Positions 1 through 12,911 of a stretch of 64,000 nt of DNA are shown in pieces (position 1 is the first letter of the stretch; every line of letters starts with the position of its first letter). Origin of the DNA: Octopus sinensis (taxonomy: Eukaryota); contig NC_042998.1 of NCBI RefSeq assembly GCF_006345805.1, positions 10,540,001 to 10,604,000 on the forward strand, in the 5' to 3' direction. A model generated the notes under the pieces. It saw only the letters and a list, made by a program, of their open reading frames with translations, was not told the origin of the DNA and made no database searches. The position numbers and the translations under genes are program-made.

Positions 1-8
1 TATTATTA

Positions 9-53
<45 letters not shown>

Positions 54-85
54 CATCATTATCATTATTATTGCTATTATTATTC
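1..85. repeat. (ATT)n/(AAT)n microsatellite, part of the PLE 3' module running off the window start
   Basis: Direct tattattat repeats abutting the tRNA-like segment at 86-130. Confidence 0.9.
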
Positions 86-129
86 GGGAATCGAACTCGG
101 AATCTTGAGGTTCGTAGCCCGCACTCTAG

Positions 130-1200
130 CCCGTGGGCAATTATGGAGTGAATTTTAGGGCTTGTAAATCTAATATTCTTCTATCCTTCCTTAATACCGG
201 TTTCCATATGCTACTCATATCTGCACTCGGTCTGCTTTGGAGGTTATTATGTCCTAGCATGTGTGCTGTTTCTTTTAGTTTTCCTATTTTCCAACGGTGT
301 TCTATGTCTATTATTTTAACTTCATCCCACAGGAGGAGGTGGTCTCCGTTTTTCCATATATGAGCAGCTATACCCGACTTATCAATATTTCCTCGTGTCA
401 CAGTTTTGAGGGGGCGGCATGTTTCGCCTTTGTATAATCTACTACAGCTGTATGGGATGGAGTACACGCAGTCTTTGGTCATATTCTCTTCTATTGGTGG
501 TTTAATTCGAAGGATATATTTGTGAAGTGCTGTATTACTCTTGAATACCGTCCTGATGTCATATGGGCCGCATATCTTTTATATCTTTTCAGTGAGGCCT
601 TTCACATATAGGGTAGACAGACTGTTGCCAGTTTATGGGGTTCATCCTCTCTTCTCTTCATAACTGAAGTGGATAGTGTGTTTTGTGGGTAGTTGTTGCT
701 TAATAGATTGTTACTCAGCTTGATCATTTCTTCGTGGTGATCGATACTTATATTCTTTGCTCGATGTTTTAGGCACTGAGCAATCCCTCCCTTTACACTG
801 TATGGACGGTGGGAATTGAAGCTGAGGTATCGTCCAGTGAAGGTTGGCTTGCGGTATACGGATGTCCTGGATCCATACTTGGTGCGTGTCATTAATACGT
901 CCAGGAATGCTAGCCGACTGTCATTTTCCTTTTCCATTGTGAACAGTATCGATGGCTTTATTGAGTTCACGCGTTCTAACAGTATTTGGACATCTTCCTG
1001 GTGGGGTCAGAGTATAAAGGTGTCATCAACATATTGCGGCCATAGGGTTGGTTTTAGTGGTGTTATCCTAAAGCCAAATTCTCAAAGTATTCAATGTATA
1101 TATTGGCTATTATCGGTGATAATGGCAAACCCACAGCTAAACCCGCTTCTTGTCAATATATATCAATGTCCATTCTGAAGTAGGTAGTTTCTATACAGAA
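130..1200 (-). mobile_element. Penelope-like element (Penelope/Poseidon type), 5'-truncated and degraded: RT C-terminal half plus GIY-YIG endonuclease
   Basis: Minus-strand fragments G.PLSPIIANIYIEYFE, WPQYVDDTF, FTMEKENDSRLAFLDVL..RKPTFTGRYL.FNSH (ORF 602-970) and VYSIPYSCSRLYKGET.RPL..SGIAAHIW (ORF 141-482); frameshifts and stops. Confidence 0.9.
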
Positions 1201-1227
1201 GGTCAACAATTCCATCAAGTATCCAAT

Positions 1228-1280
1228 AGGAGTGCGGGTTACTAACCCTCAGACTCTGAGTTCGATTCCAGGCAGTGACT

Positions 1281-1344
<64 letters not shown>

Positions 1345-1345
1345 T
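1228..1345 (+). repeat. Inverted copy of the PLE 3' module head (tRNA-like segment plus (AAT)n) at the 5' truncation point
   Basis: gagtgcgggttactaaccctcagactctgagttcgattccaggcagtgacttg(aat)n is the reverse complement of 84-130 and contains a B-box-like GTTCGATTCC. Confidence 0.8.
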
Positions 1346-1940
1346 GCAGTACCAGGCAGTGGCTCTCATGGCTTCTGATCTTAACTGATTGGAAGTGTTT
1401 ACCAGGCAGTGGCTCTCATGGCTTCTGATCTTAACTGATTGGAAGTGTTATCATGTACATTGTTTTGTCTTGGTATAAAAGATGGGCTACAGCAAATATT
1501 CTGCTCAATACCACAGATTTGCTTGTCAGTTGTTTGACCTTAACCAGTTGAGCATGTCCCTTAGTGGCTGACGATATGTGCATCTCTGATCACGAGCAGA
1601 AGTAGTGGGGGAGCATCATAGCCATGTGTTGAGAGGGATTCTTTGGGGTTGAATAGTTCACCTCTGGAAACATGGGTGGTTCTTTCAACATCCTTAAACA
1701 ACTCTTATTCAGGGACCGTTTGAGCGGGATGGGCTACTCAACCTGAAGAAAATTCTAAGTGGGCCCCACCTGCAAGGTCATGTGCTGTTTATCTTGATAT
1801 GAGATCACCATGTCGCGCACATATGGTTGTGATGCATGTGCCTGGTGTACCTTTATCAGACGGGTAGTCATGATGGGTATATTGGGTTTCGTATATTTTA
1901 CCCCAGTGTCACTTTGATGGCATGAACTGCTCTCTCACTC

Positions 1941-1945
<5 letters not shown>
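1346..1945. repeat. Unclassified ~600-bp dispersed repeat flanked by (AAT)n, with a 50-bp tandem duplication at its left end
   Basis: Second, more diverged copy at 36128-36675; accaggcagtggctctcatgg... repeated at 1351 and 1401. Confidence 0.85.
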
Positions 1946-1974
<29 letters not shown>

Positions 1975-1979
<5 letters not shown>

Positions 1980-3355
1980 TAGCTATAAATTCCTTAGCAG
2001 TTCCAGTTGTTACTTATAGCTACAATGTGTTGAACTGGAATATGGGTGAAGTAAAGAATATAGATAGGAAAATACGCAAGCTGCTGAGTTGTAATAGGAT
2101 GCACGACCCAAAGGCAGACGTAGATCGCCTTTACCTCCCCAGAGCCCAAGGAGGTCGAGGCTTGATCCAATTTGAACTAGCTTACAAAACAACCACAATT
2201 GGACTGGCCAAATATCTTGAAATAACGAATGACTGGATGCTAAAGCTCGTGGAAAATCACGAGAGACGAAAGAAGCTTCATTCTATCATAAAGGAAAGCA
2301 AAAAAATTTGCTATTGATCTCGTGCAGGATACCCAAACTGAACAACCCGAGGGAAGTACGGCAACTACTGTTGCAAAGAAGGTGAAAATAATGGCAACGA
2401 AAAAAGCGCACGAGCAATTGGCTGATAGGTGAGAGGAGAAACCTCGGCACGGCAAATATGTGGCCCATAGCAAAGAAGCTGATGTTGACCAGAAGCAAAC
2501 CCATCAGTGGCTATGGAGCTCAGGGCTAAAAGCAGAGAGCGAAGGTTTCATCCTGACTGCTCAAGATCAAAGCCTATTAACCCGGAACTACCAGGTCAAT
2601 GTGATGAAAAATGGAGCAGACCCAAAATGCCGATTCTGCAACGACATGATTGAAACAGTGGACCACCTAATCTCTGGATGTAAAGTCTTAGCACCAGTGG
2701 AGTATAAATTAAGACATGACAGAGTTGGCCAATATCTACACTGGCATTACAATATCAAAACTGCCGACAAGTGGTATAATCACCACCCTGAAGCTGTAAC
2801 TGAAGGAGAAAATGTAACGATTCTGTGGGACTTTCCAGTACATACAGACCGAACCATCACAGCCAATAAACCGGATATTGTTGTGAAAGACCAAAACAAT
2901 AAAGTTTGCTTATTGATCGACATGAGCATCTCCTGTGATCATAATATCTCGGCGAAAGAGTTTGACAAGCTCAGAAAATATAAAGACCTGCTCATTGAAA
3001 TTGAGAAAATGTGGCATCTCAAGGCGGTTACAATACCAGTGATCGTAGGAGCACTAGGAATGATCAAGAAGGGAACCGAAAATTATATGAGAATGATCCC
3101 TGGCTTACCATCCCTGCAAGAAGTGCAAAAGATTGTCTTAACTGGTACATCACACGTATTGAGAAGAGCATTGTCGACGTGAGAACTATTACTACCCATG
3201 TATTTTAATTTAACTTTAAAAAAGAAAAAATGAACGAAAAAACGAATGAGTTTAGTTTAATGGCCTACCAATGTATACTATGAGTTTCTTTGCCCTAGGA
3301 GTCGCGAAGACATTCGGCAAGAAATGGAAGCAAATTTGAAAGAAGAAAAAAAAGA
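1975..3355 (+). mobile_element. R4/Dong-clade non-LTR retrotransposon, 5'-truncated, inserted in (AAT)n
   Basis: AINSLAVPVVTYSY; DVDRLYLPRAQGGRGL; ORF 2460-3182 with CRFC..ETVDHLISGC zinc knuckle and restriction-like endonuclease ANKPDIVV..CLLIDMS..K..KY; (AAT)n on both sides. Confidence 0.9.
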
Positions 3356-3494
3356 TAATAATAATAATAATAATAATAATATTAATAATAATAATAATAA
3401 CTAGCTGGACCCGTAAAAACTTCACGGAAAATATAAAAAATGTAAGCATCTGTAAACAGTGTACTGGTGCCATGAGGAAATGTTTGCATATTAT

Positions 3495-3652
3495 GACCGT
3501 CTGTCTTTACGTTCTGAGTTCAAATTCTGCCGAGGTCAACTTTACCTTTCGTCCTTTCGGGATCGATAAATTAAGTACCAGTTGTGTACTGGGGTCGATC
3601 TAATCAACTGGCCCCCTTCCCCACAAAAATATCAGGCCTAGAAAAGTATATT
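3495..3652 (+). mobile_element. SINE family A fragment
   Basis: acgttctgagttcaaattc..ctttcgggatcgataaattaagtaccag matches the full copy at 15541. Confidence 0.85.
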
Positions 3653-3829
3653 GTGACAGTTACAGAATATAGAAAGTAATGTAACACCAATGGCTATATA
3701 ATCCAACCAAAACATCTCAGTTATACAAACGTAAACGGAATTACTATTTAACCTTGAAATACATCGGACATATTCAAAGAACCTTCTTGGTTTAGTGGTG
3801 CGGAACGTTTTTCTGGTATTCTTTTATCC

Positions 3830-4110
3830 TTTTACTTGTTTCAGTCATTTGACGGTAGACATGCTGGAGCACCACCCTTTACCCAAAGAAATTGTTCCCT
3901 GGACTTATTCCCTGTAAGCCTGTTGCTTATTCTATCAGTCTCTTCTGCTGAACAGCTAAACTACATGGACGCAAATGCACCAACATCGGTTGTCAAGCAA
4001 TGGTAGTGGTGGGACACAAACACACACACACATACATACATACATGCATGCATACATACATACATACATACATACATACATACATACATACATACATACA
4101 TACATACATA
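3830..4110 (-). mobile_element. SINE family B fragment
   Basis: Tail tttacttgtttcagtcatt..atgctggagcacc and central (CATA)n match the copy at 27474. Confidence 0.8.
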
Positions 4111-5142
4111 CGTGATGGGCTTGGAGGTAGTGTTGATACTGGCTAGTGTGATTTTGTGGTTTGCTGGTATGCCGAGAGGGATCCAGTGGGCCCCCTAACT
4201 GGTTCCCGAATCTTAAAGGTGTAATGTGGATGTGTAATGATGGAGCGGCTGGTGTGGTAGTGATGCTAGCTGGTGCGGTGGTCTTCCTCACAGTACTTCA
4301 TGGTAGACAATATTTTGTATGTATATCACACCACGTTTTTGGCCTTGTCTGTTATCCCAATTGAGTGTCATAACACTTACTTTGATATTGTTCATAGCTC
4401 GTATTCTTGAAAATGCGACATATAATTGGCCATGAGAAAATACCAGTTGAGGCAAATGTATTCCAACTTTTTCAAATGTTTGCCCTTGAGCCTAATTAAT
4501 TGTCTTTGAATATGCAAGTCGAAGTGGAAACTGAAGTCTGTTTAATGTGAATGGAATATTTGCATCACTTGGGCTAAGTTTAATTCTGGGAATTAGAACT
4601 GTGCGACCTCTGTTACCAAGTTACCAATGATGCCTCGACACAATGTTCATTAAGTTTTTGCACTTTCTTGCGAGTTCCATTACATAATCCTTGACCGATT
4701 TTTTAGCAGGATTACAATAGCCCCTACTTTTAAGTTGAGGCGATGAGGAGGCGATGAGGAGGCATACCGGATGGAGTGAGAGAGTTTATGAATTCAGTTG
4801 GATAGTTCTGAACCTCCTTTTCATTATTTCAGGATACTGAATCTGTGCTTAAGTACGTTTTAAGTGCCTCTGGTGTAATATTTAAGAACTTTTTTCATTT
4901 ATTGCAAGACAGTCAGAATTTTTAGGAGATAAAATTACTCGTTTTTCCGTTTCTACTGGCGTGCAGCTGTTGAAAATTTCTGGGTACAAATGTACTAATT
5001 GCAATGCAAAAGAAAGCAATAATAAATGGATTTATGAATGAAAGTTTGGTAATTGCATTTATTTCCACCACGCGACACTTATTGCAAACGTGCTTTAACT
5101 AACCTAAACTATACACACACAAATACATTCATATATATATAT

Positions 5143-5180
<38 letters not shown>

Positions 5181-5224
5181 ACTAACCTAAACTATACACA
5201 CACAAATACATTCATATATATATA

Positions 5225-5375
5225 TCTCGAGTTGTAGCTGTAATATGACAAGGCCGGCCTTGTCATATTCTGTGTGTGGCTGAGTCTCCCTGAGAACGTT
5301 AATGTTATGCATGTCTGTGGAGTACTCAGTCATTTGTGAGTTAATTTTATCCTCGTGTGGTAATGGAAAGTGAAA
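5225..5375 (+). mobile_element. Diverged 3' part of SINE family C
   Basis: ggccggccttgtca..catgtctgtggagtactcagtca..gttaattt resembles 12745-12845. Confidence 0.6.
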
Positions 5376-5889
5376 CTGACAGCCAATATTTGCTGTGTCT
5401 CTGTTTTTATCTATGAACTTTTCTTTGGATTTATGTATCTCTTGTCTCTCCCACTTTCTCTCTTTCTCTTTCACTTCCTTTGTGTCCCTCTTCTCTCCCA
5501 CTTTTGATTTAACAATGTGTATATGTATCTACGAATCTACTTCTCTTGCGATGTGATAAACTTTTAAAAACACAAAACGAACGCCGTCACCACTCCCCGT
5601 CTCTTTCACTCTCTCTCTCTTTCTCTCTCACTTTTTCTCTTTCACTCTCTCTCTCTCTGTCCCTCTCTCTCTTTCTTTCTCTCTTACGTCCTCTCGGAAA
5701 CATTTAAAAACACAAAACGAACGCCGTCACCACTCACTGTCTCTTTCACTCTCACTTTCTCTTTCTCTCTCTTTCTCTCTCATTCTCTCTTACTTCCTCT
5801 CTGTCCTCCTCTCTCTCGCTTTGCCACTTCTTTGAAGTAAGTGTGACGCAGACAATAGGTACATACAAAAACAAAAAGTTAGCGTATTA

Positions 5890-6070
5890 ATATTATTGAT
5901 AATAATAATGATAATAACATCGGAAAAATACCTTAGGAATGAGAACCGAGGTTCGAAATTTCCACAGGACACCTGGTGAAGGCTGGTGAGTACATCAGCC
6001 GAAATGTTGTGTTAACAATAGAGACGAGGAGAAATATCCGTCAAATGTAAATAATGTAAATAATGTAGGT
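5890..6070 (+). ncRNA. Solo PLE 3' module with degenerate type I hammerhead motif (5969-6012; core CTGGTGA, A6 mutated)
   Basis: acac-ctggtga-a-ggctg..cagcc-gaaa-tgtt-gtgt; homologous to 48780-48980 and 52545-52825. Confidence 0.75.
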
Positions 6071-6073
6071 CAG

Positions 6074-6074
<1 letters not shown>

Positions 6075-6157
<83 letters not shown>

Positions 6158-6160
6158 CAC

Positions 6161-6191
<31 letters not shown>

Positions 6192-6197
6192 TGTATG
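6075..6197. repeat. (CTAT)n plus (TATG)n microsatellites
   Basis: Direct inspection. Confidence 0.95.
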
Positions 6198-7071
6198 TAC
6201 AATAGGTAAATTGTGGCCATTTTATATTTTTAATTTCGCGTATGCACATTGTTTGTTTTTGATTTTGTCGATTACACAGTATAGTAGGGTCAGTTGGGTA
6301 CCATCTGAGCAAAACAGCACCATGACGCAATTCACCCTGCCAGAAATTTGGAAACGACATGCTGTACTGCTTGGCATTTGCAACGGAAGCTCCAGTATGA
6401 ACATTTCAGAGTGTTTGGGCGTCAATCTGAGGACATTGCAATCTGAGGACACATACAGACAGTGATAAAAACCAAACATCCAGTCAACACCATGGGGTTT
6501 TGAGTGATCACTAGTGATGGCGATATTATGCCTCCGTTCATCTTCCCACACAACCTCAGACTCAACATAGACGTCTACATCAAGTGCCTGGAAGAGGTAG
6601 TGCTGCCTTAGGTCAAGAGGGTTGGTTACTGGAAGACCTTGTCTGGCAACAGGACTCTGCACCATGCCACACAAGCTAGATAACCCAGTCATGGCTGTCA
6701 GACAATTTCTGCGACCACACCACCCCTAACATCTGGCCACCTAGCTCCCCAGACTGCAACCCCCTTGATTATTATGTGTGGGGCGCAGTTGAGCGAGAGA
6801 TCAATAAAACTTCTTGTAACACCGAAGATGAGCTGAAGGCAAGGATTATGACAGCATTCACCAACTTTAACAAGGAGACCGCTCAGAAGAGTTGCAGGAG
6901 ATTCCGAAGTTGTCTGAAGGCCGTGGTTGAAGCCAATGACGGTTCTATTGAGTAAATTTACTCTTTACCATTTCAAGATATTTTTATGTAATTTTGGTAA
7001 ATATATTTGTTAAAATGAGATGTTAGTGTTATTTCATTTTTGCGTAATTTAGACAATTTATTCACCGCACC

Positions 7072-7074
<3 letters not shown>
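6198..7074 (+). mobile_element. Tc1/mariner-superfamily maT (DD37D) element, internally deleted
   Basis: MTQFTLPEIWKRHAVLLG start; WQQDSAPCH..WPPSSPDCNPLDYYVWG with 37 residues between the last two Asp; right end accctg|TA; left TIR degenerate. Confidence 0.85.
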
Positions 7075-7126
<52 letters not shown>

Positions 7127-7139
7127 GAGAGAGAGGGGG

Positions 7140-7440
7140 AGAATTTATCCAGGTCGACATAGACCAATATAACTCTAGCGTATACCGTATCCTTCTCAAC
7201 AAAGCCCTCATTTTTGCCATGAAACATTCTAACGTCTCTCGTGGGGATATTGATATCACCTTGGCCGCCCGTCGAAATATAGATTTCGATGAGAAATTCT
7301 GGGCTCAAAGAGACCCGTACCTTTTTTCTAAATCTCTGGGGGATAACGACTCGGCCCAAGTTACAGAGACTAAAGACTGTTACCTACTTCACGGGTTCCG
7401 GGAGCAATTCCCTAACGTCTCTGGCGATCTAACCAACTAG
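7140..7440 (+). mobile_element. PLE reverse transcriptase fragment, same type as 44176-46900
   Basis: FIQVDIDQY..LLNKALIFA..LAARRN..FSKSLGDNDSAQV parallels FIQIDIDNY..LNKTLIYA..AARKS..FDIPMGAPDSAQV in the 44-kb element. Confidence 0.7.
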
Positions 7441-8094
7441 AAATAGTAGCCAAATCTCCATCAAGTTGTACCCGACTGTCTGAAAACTAAAGGACACATT
7501 GGATAATGTAGTCCTAAATAACAATATATTTAAATAACAGATGAGATAGTCATAACTGGATTTTTTATGTCTCGCTAGTGTCAAGACAGGACAGTTGCAT
7601 TTCTGATAACATCAGCTCAGGCAAAATCACGTGTCTACAGTCATCTGTTTTTTCTTCTCAAAACGTCTGTGTTTTCCTTATAATATATTACTTCCAGAGT
7701 ATTGTTGATTTTCTCATTCGCAACCAACCACAATTGTTGCTAAGTGTTTGATTACCTTCTCTTTTGTTGTCTACATTCATACCATTGGCCTCTCTGAATT
7801 ATTTCTCTTAGCATGTGTATATATGTATAAGTGTGCGCGTGTGTGGATATGTATATATAAATGTATGCACACTAGTTTCATAACATCATGTGTTATGTAT
7901 CTCACAGGCAAGGTGTCGCAAATTTTCTGAGAACGGATAAATAAAATAATGATATATTCACTGTTTTCTGAACTATATTCCTGAACAGAAGTGAATAAAA
8001 ATAGCTACAACCAGGAAATGGAATAGGCTCGTGCATTTAAATTCCGGATCTCTTGATCTCCTGTTCTGTTGAACTCAGTACTTTTGAGTTGCTC

Positions 8095-8420
8095 ATCTTT
8101 TACATGCTTCAGTCATTCGATTGCAGCCATGTCGCGGCACAGCTCAATACTTATTTATGTTAGTCTGGTACTTACTCTATCGGTATCTTTTTGCGGGGAC
8201 ATAAACAAACCAATACTGGTTCTTAAGCGAGATAGACAGACAGACAGACACACACACACACATCACACTCACAGACACAACGGTTTCTTTTCAGTTTCCG
8301 TCTACCAAATCCATTCATAAGGCTTTGGTCGGCCCGAGGCTATAGTTGAGATAACTGCCCAAGATGCTACGCAATGAGATTGAACCCGCAATCATGATGC
8401 TTTCAAGCAATCTTCTTACC
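8095..8420 (-). mobile_element. SINE family B, degenerate
   Basis: tttcagtttccgtctaccaaatcca..aaggctttggtcggcccgaggctatag..gcccaagatg. Confidence 0.8.
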
Positions 8421-9094
8421 TTACAGCCATATATTGTTTTCTTTTGACTGAGCAGAAAAAATCTTTTAACTTTGCAAGAATAGAAAAAACCCGAAAATAA
8501 AGTTTTTGTCATTTGTGTCTTTATCAACATTACTAATGGCGTAACAGGACAATGGCATTTTAAGGCCACATTATTTGGAGACAGTTTTATTCTAGATTCC
8601 CTGGGTAGTTGTTTAAATAAAAAAAAAGCCTCTCATTTGCAAGCTGCAATGGTTTTTGTGAGTTCGTGGTTTGTACAATTTTCGCATGTAGGAAGGAGGC
8701 AGAACATTTGATCACAGTATCTTATAACCATATTTTGTTTATAGAAATCACACAGATTGTAGTTTAACATTTGTTACTGGGCTGGGATCTTTTCTGTCTG
8801 GCTGCCAGCATTTCAAAAATTAAAGTTTATTCAAAATTTTAAAAATTTGGCCCATTAATGTAGTTTTCCAAGCTGAATTGCTAGAGTTACTTCACTTTTT
8901 CTAGAAAAACGCTTTTAAAAATTTATAGAGGTTTAAAGCTTGATCATTTTCACCCAGTCAGGAAACAGGATTTGGAAGCGGTCAATTCGTGCGTGACTGC
9001 ACATTTTGTCGTCAACATCCTGAAAATAGCACGTGTTGTCAATATTTGTATTCTAGACGCGGAAACGAGTAAACAACATGTCTTTTGTTGTTTG

Positions 9095-9560
9095 AAGCAT
9101 TCAATATATGCATCTAATGCGATAAACAGCACATTACAAATTAAATATTAAAAAAAAACAGATTTTGTTACCAAATCAATACGTCTTTCGCAGTTTTAAG
9201 TATTCAGTATGCATTTAATGTGATAGCACGTACTTAAAAGATTTATCCAAAAACGCTATTTAGCTGTTATTTTTAGCACACCTCACAACCACCTCAATGA
9301 CAAAAAAGAAAAACAATGCTTATTTTGTAGTTTTAAGCATTCAATATGAATTTAATGCGATAATCAACTCATTACAATTTAAATATGCTTAAAAAGAAAC
9401 ATTTAAGCATCTAATGCAATAAGCAACACATTACAAATTAAATATGCTTAAAAGACAAACATTTAAGTATTCAATATGCATTTCATGCGATAAGCAACAC
9501 ATTAAAAATTAAATATACTTAAAAATAAACATACATTTAAGCATTAGTACGAGCTTAAAA
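9095..9560. repeat. Imperfect ~60-70-bp AT-rich minisatellite (about 5-6 units)
   Basis: Recurrent aagcattcaatatgcatttaatgcgataagcaacacattacaaattaaatatgcttaaaa. Confidence 0.75.
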
Positions 9561-10172
9561 GATTTTATCTAAAAACAATTGTTGCCATAATCAAACGGAT
9601 CGATATAATTTCCAGGTGGATAAATCAGTAGAACACAGCACCAACAAGTGTTTTCAATATATCTGTCAACGGATAAGTAAAATTTCCAGGTGAATAAAAC
9701 AGCAGAACAAAGCGTCAATAATTGACTTCAATATATTTGTCAACACGTGCTTTCTCGCAGACAAAAGAGTTCTTGTGTTCCGCTTGTTACTACGAAAACT
9801 GGCATGAATATGTCTGTGATTTACAATTGGCTAAAATTATCCAAAAGTTTCAAACTTTAATTGCTAATAACTCTTTATTTATTGCTTTATGGTGAAAATG
9901 ATTTTCATGGCATTCATTAGCCTATAAAAGTGTATCATTACACTGAATATGAAATCAATTCTAAATTCCTGGAAATATTACTTATAACTTAAAGCCTTGT
10001 TATTAAACTTTTAAAAATAGTGACACTGGCTTGATAAGTGATGCGTTGGTGGTGGTAAGGTATGTTTAACCGAGATGAGGACTAGAATGATGATCGGAAT
10101 TTGATAAGTTCCGAACTAAAGGTTCGTTTATTCGTTTAATTTATTAAAGACTGCTATTTTGGCTGTGCAGTG

Positions 10173-10241
<69 letters not shown>

Positions 10242-10261
10242 GTGTGTGTGTGTGTGTGTGT

Positions 10262-10295
<34 letters not shown>

Positions 10296-10599
10296 AGGTA
10301 GAAAAGTAGCACACGAGTTGATATGTATAAAGAAAATAAGACAAGGTAGAAAATACGAAAATAATTTTATCAGGAAGTACATTTTAGTACCGGTTTCCGT
10401 CATTTAGACTTTTTCAACTAAGAGTAAAATAAGAAAAACAAATTCGAGAAATAAAAATTAAGAGAATTGTTTTGTAAATATTTCCATAGTCTTCAAATAG
10501 TTTGTTTGTCAGTCTCTTCTTTGTGAAGAGACTGGTAGGTAGTAGTAAATCTGAAGGAATAGTTTTATGAGTACAGAGAATTGATGGTTTAAGCAGGAG

Positions 10600-10795
10600 C
10601 AGCCGAGGGAGGAGAAGAAGGGGAAGAAGGAGAAGGAGAAGAAGAATAAGGAGAAGTAGAAGGAGGAAGAAGAAGAAGAAGAAGAAGAAGAAGAAGAAGA
10701 AGAAGAAGAAGAAGAAGAAGAAGAAGAAGAAGAAGAAGAAGAAGAAGAAGAGAAGTGGGAGTAGCGAAAGAAGAAGGAGGAGAAAGAAAAGAAAA
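10600..10795. repeat. (GAA)n purine-rich microsatellite
   Basis: Direct inspection; source of the poly-F and poly-S pseudo-ORFs. Confidence 0.95.
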
Positions 10796-10855
10796 CTACA
10801 GGATTGGTGTAACACAGTAGATTTTTCGTGGAATTTTCCTTAATGGTCAAATGAC

Positions 10856-11110
10856 CTAAAAGTGACCTGTTATGGTCGTAGCAGTAGCAGTTGGAATTGT
10901 TATAAATTCTTTTGTGATGGAAGCATTCAAAAGAGGTTTATATTTTGCGATAGAATATGCTTGTTTGCTAATGCGCTGATTATAGGTTGCATTGTCCCTG
11001 AATTTATAGAGAGGAAAAATTCTAAAGTCGGGTTGTTCATTAGTGGCACAAATATCGATGTACTCGCTTAATCCTATTTTTCTGTATTCCTGTATTTCAA
11101 TCTTGGATCT
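10856..11110 (-). mobile_element. PLE 3' fragment (C-terminus of the GIY-YIG region)
   Basis: LSEYIDICATNEQPDFRIFPLYKF..KYKPLLN resembles FSQHIDTCANKKTPNFRIF of the PLE at 56940-57583. Confidence 0.7.
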
Positions 11111-11374
11111 ATATACCGTCATCCTTTGGCGCAGACTGTTTTTAGTTTGACCAACATGTTGTTCTCGACACCCTGAGCAAGTTAATACATATATTTTCTA
11201 CCTTGTCTTATTTTCCTTATATATGACATTTATTTCAAATAGCTATTATACATTTTATTACATTAAGAAAATGTTTATTTAATAAATGATTAAATAATGA
11301 AATTAAATTAAGAAAATATGAAGTACGCCATAATAATATTTTAATAATCTTGTATAATTTTAATTTGGAAATAC

Positions 11375-12397
11375 CTTGTGAGCTACTCTTCCAGTTGTCT
11401 ATGACTGACCAAGATCATCCTGCCCAGAGTGCGGCGGGACATTGACGTCCTGCTGGGGTTCAGCGTCTTGATCAGGCCGACCAAGGTGGGAGACTCCACT
11501 ACATGCAGCGGTAGCATGTTGTCGACAAACAGGACTACAATCCTTCTATCCACCATAGATTGATGGACACCTGTGCCAGCAGTTTGGGAAAACACCTCGC
11601 CAATGGTGGACTGGCGTGCGTTTTTTGCACATGGCTGCGCCGACTGGCTACTGGCATTTCTACCTGAAGATTGTCTGTGTTCCCCACCGAAAGAACCGGC
11701 CTTGGTCCTCTCCACAAACCTGATGGCATGCGCTGGTAGTTTCTTTTTGACATGCGAATTCAAGTTGTAGAGGATCGCCGCTTGTCCCTTGATGGTGGTC
11801 TCCTTGGATTGGCACATGATGCACCAGAACTACAGTATTTTGGCATTCGTCTTATCTATTGACGTAAGGACAAAGTAGTTCTCCGGGTGGCGCCACGGCT
11901 TCTGAGACATCTGGCTCTCAACCCGAATGACCTCTGCCTCACCCACAGCCGTTGCAGACTTTTCAATAGGCCCTTCATCCTCAGGCCGAACAAAAACCGT
12001 CTTCACCTTCCATAACGATAAGCGATAACGTACACTGCTGTCGCTGATACTGTAAGATGCCTGTAATGTGACAACGTCGTAAGTGAACACAACTCAAAAG
12101 TGCGGGATTGCACAATGCTGTTCAGCTAGCTGCTGCTGCGTCGACCAATCATATCTTGTCATGTGTACACGTAGTCAGCCAATAGCGTAACTGAAGGACT
12201 CTTCGAGACACGCCCACAACAAACGTGTACAAACGTATGAATTTTGTTAGCGGTCTTAAAATTTGCGGAACTAAATTTAGCGTAAGGTAATTGGTCCGCT
12301 AACGGTTTTGAAAGTAGTGAAAATGCTAATCCGCTAAACGAAAAGTTAGCTTCGCTAATTAGCTGTTAGCGGGTTTGCAGAACCGTGCTCACCACTG
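11375..12397 (-). mobile_element. hAT-superfamily transposon, 5' part (terminus, subterminal repeats, BED-finger-like and N-terminal transposase)
   Basis: 5' end CAGTGGTGAGCACGG with ttagcg/cgctaa subterminal repeats; C..C..H region and LFVDNMLPLHVVESPTLVGLIKTLNP..MSRRTL typical of hAT N-termini; 3' end missing. Confidence 0.75.
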
Positions 12398-12525
12398 GAA
12401 AAATCTAACTCACTGAATAATTAACATTACGCTATTGGCTGCCAAATAAATGTTTAAAAAATTAAAAGATCTAAAAAGAATTTATTCGTTATCAAATGAA
12501 CCGAGAAGTGATTATAATAAGTGAT

Positions 12526-12911
12526 GTGGAGGCGCAATGGCCTAGTGGTTAGGGCAGCGGACTCGCGGTCATAGGATCGCGGTTTCGATTCCCAGACCGG
12601 GCGTTGTGAGTGTTTATTGAGCGAAAACACCTAAAAGCTCCACGAGGCTCCGGCAGGGGATGGTGGTGATCCCTGCTGTACTCTTTCACCACAACTTTCT
12701 CTCACTCTTACTTCCTGTTTCTGTTGTACCTGTATTTCAAGGGGCCGACCTTGTCACTCTCTGTGTCACGCTGAATATCCCCGGGAACTACGTTAAGGGT
12801 ACACGTGTCTGTGGAGTGCTCAGCCACTTACACGTTAATTTCACGAGCAGGCTGTTCTGTTGATTCGGATCAACCGGAACTCTCATCGTCGTAACCGACG
12901 GAGTGCTTCCA
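12526..12911 (+). mobile_element. tRNA-derived SINE family C, full length
   Basis: A box tggcctagtgg, B box gtttcgattccc, then body and tail. Confidence 0.9.

Larger units (their letters stand above)
3401..4990 (-). mobile_element. Helitron relic: Pif1-like helicase C-terminus (4288-4990) and probable 3' end (hairpin plus CTAG at 3401-3430), interrupted by SINEs
   Basis: Manual minus-strand translation RVILSPKNSD..YPTEFINSLTPSGMPPHRL.LKVGAIVILL..GLCNGTR..LIPRIKL..RLQFPLRLAYS.TIN.AQGQTFEKVGI..VFSHGQLYVAFSR..NIVYHEVL*; ccgt..acgg hairpin next to ctag. The link between helicase and 3' end is inferred. Confidence 0.85.

Noticed and set aside
5098-5760. Short local direct duplications (5098/5182 and 5565/5705)
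   Set aside because: They adjoin TA/CT microsatellites; slippage or assembly artefacts are the simplest explanation.
8560-10000. Possible TTAA-bounded (Kolobok-like) element around the minisatellite
   Set aside because: No convincing terminal inverted repeats could be matched by eye.
10414-10850. Poly-F and poly-S ORFs
   Set aside because: Artefacts of the (GAA)n tract.
12526-12600. tRNA genes at SINE heads (also 24565-24640, 52745-52815)
   Set aside because: They have A/B boxes but no proper acceptor stem and continue into SINE or PLE bodies.
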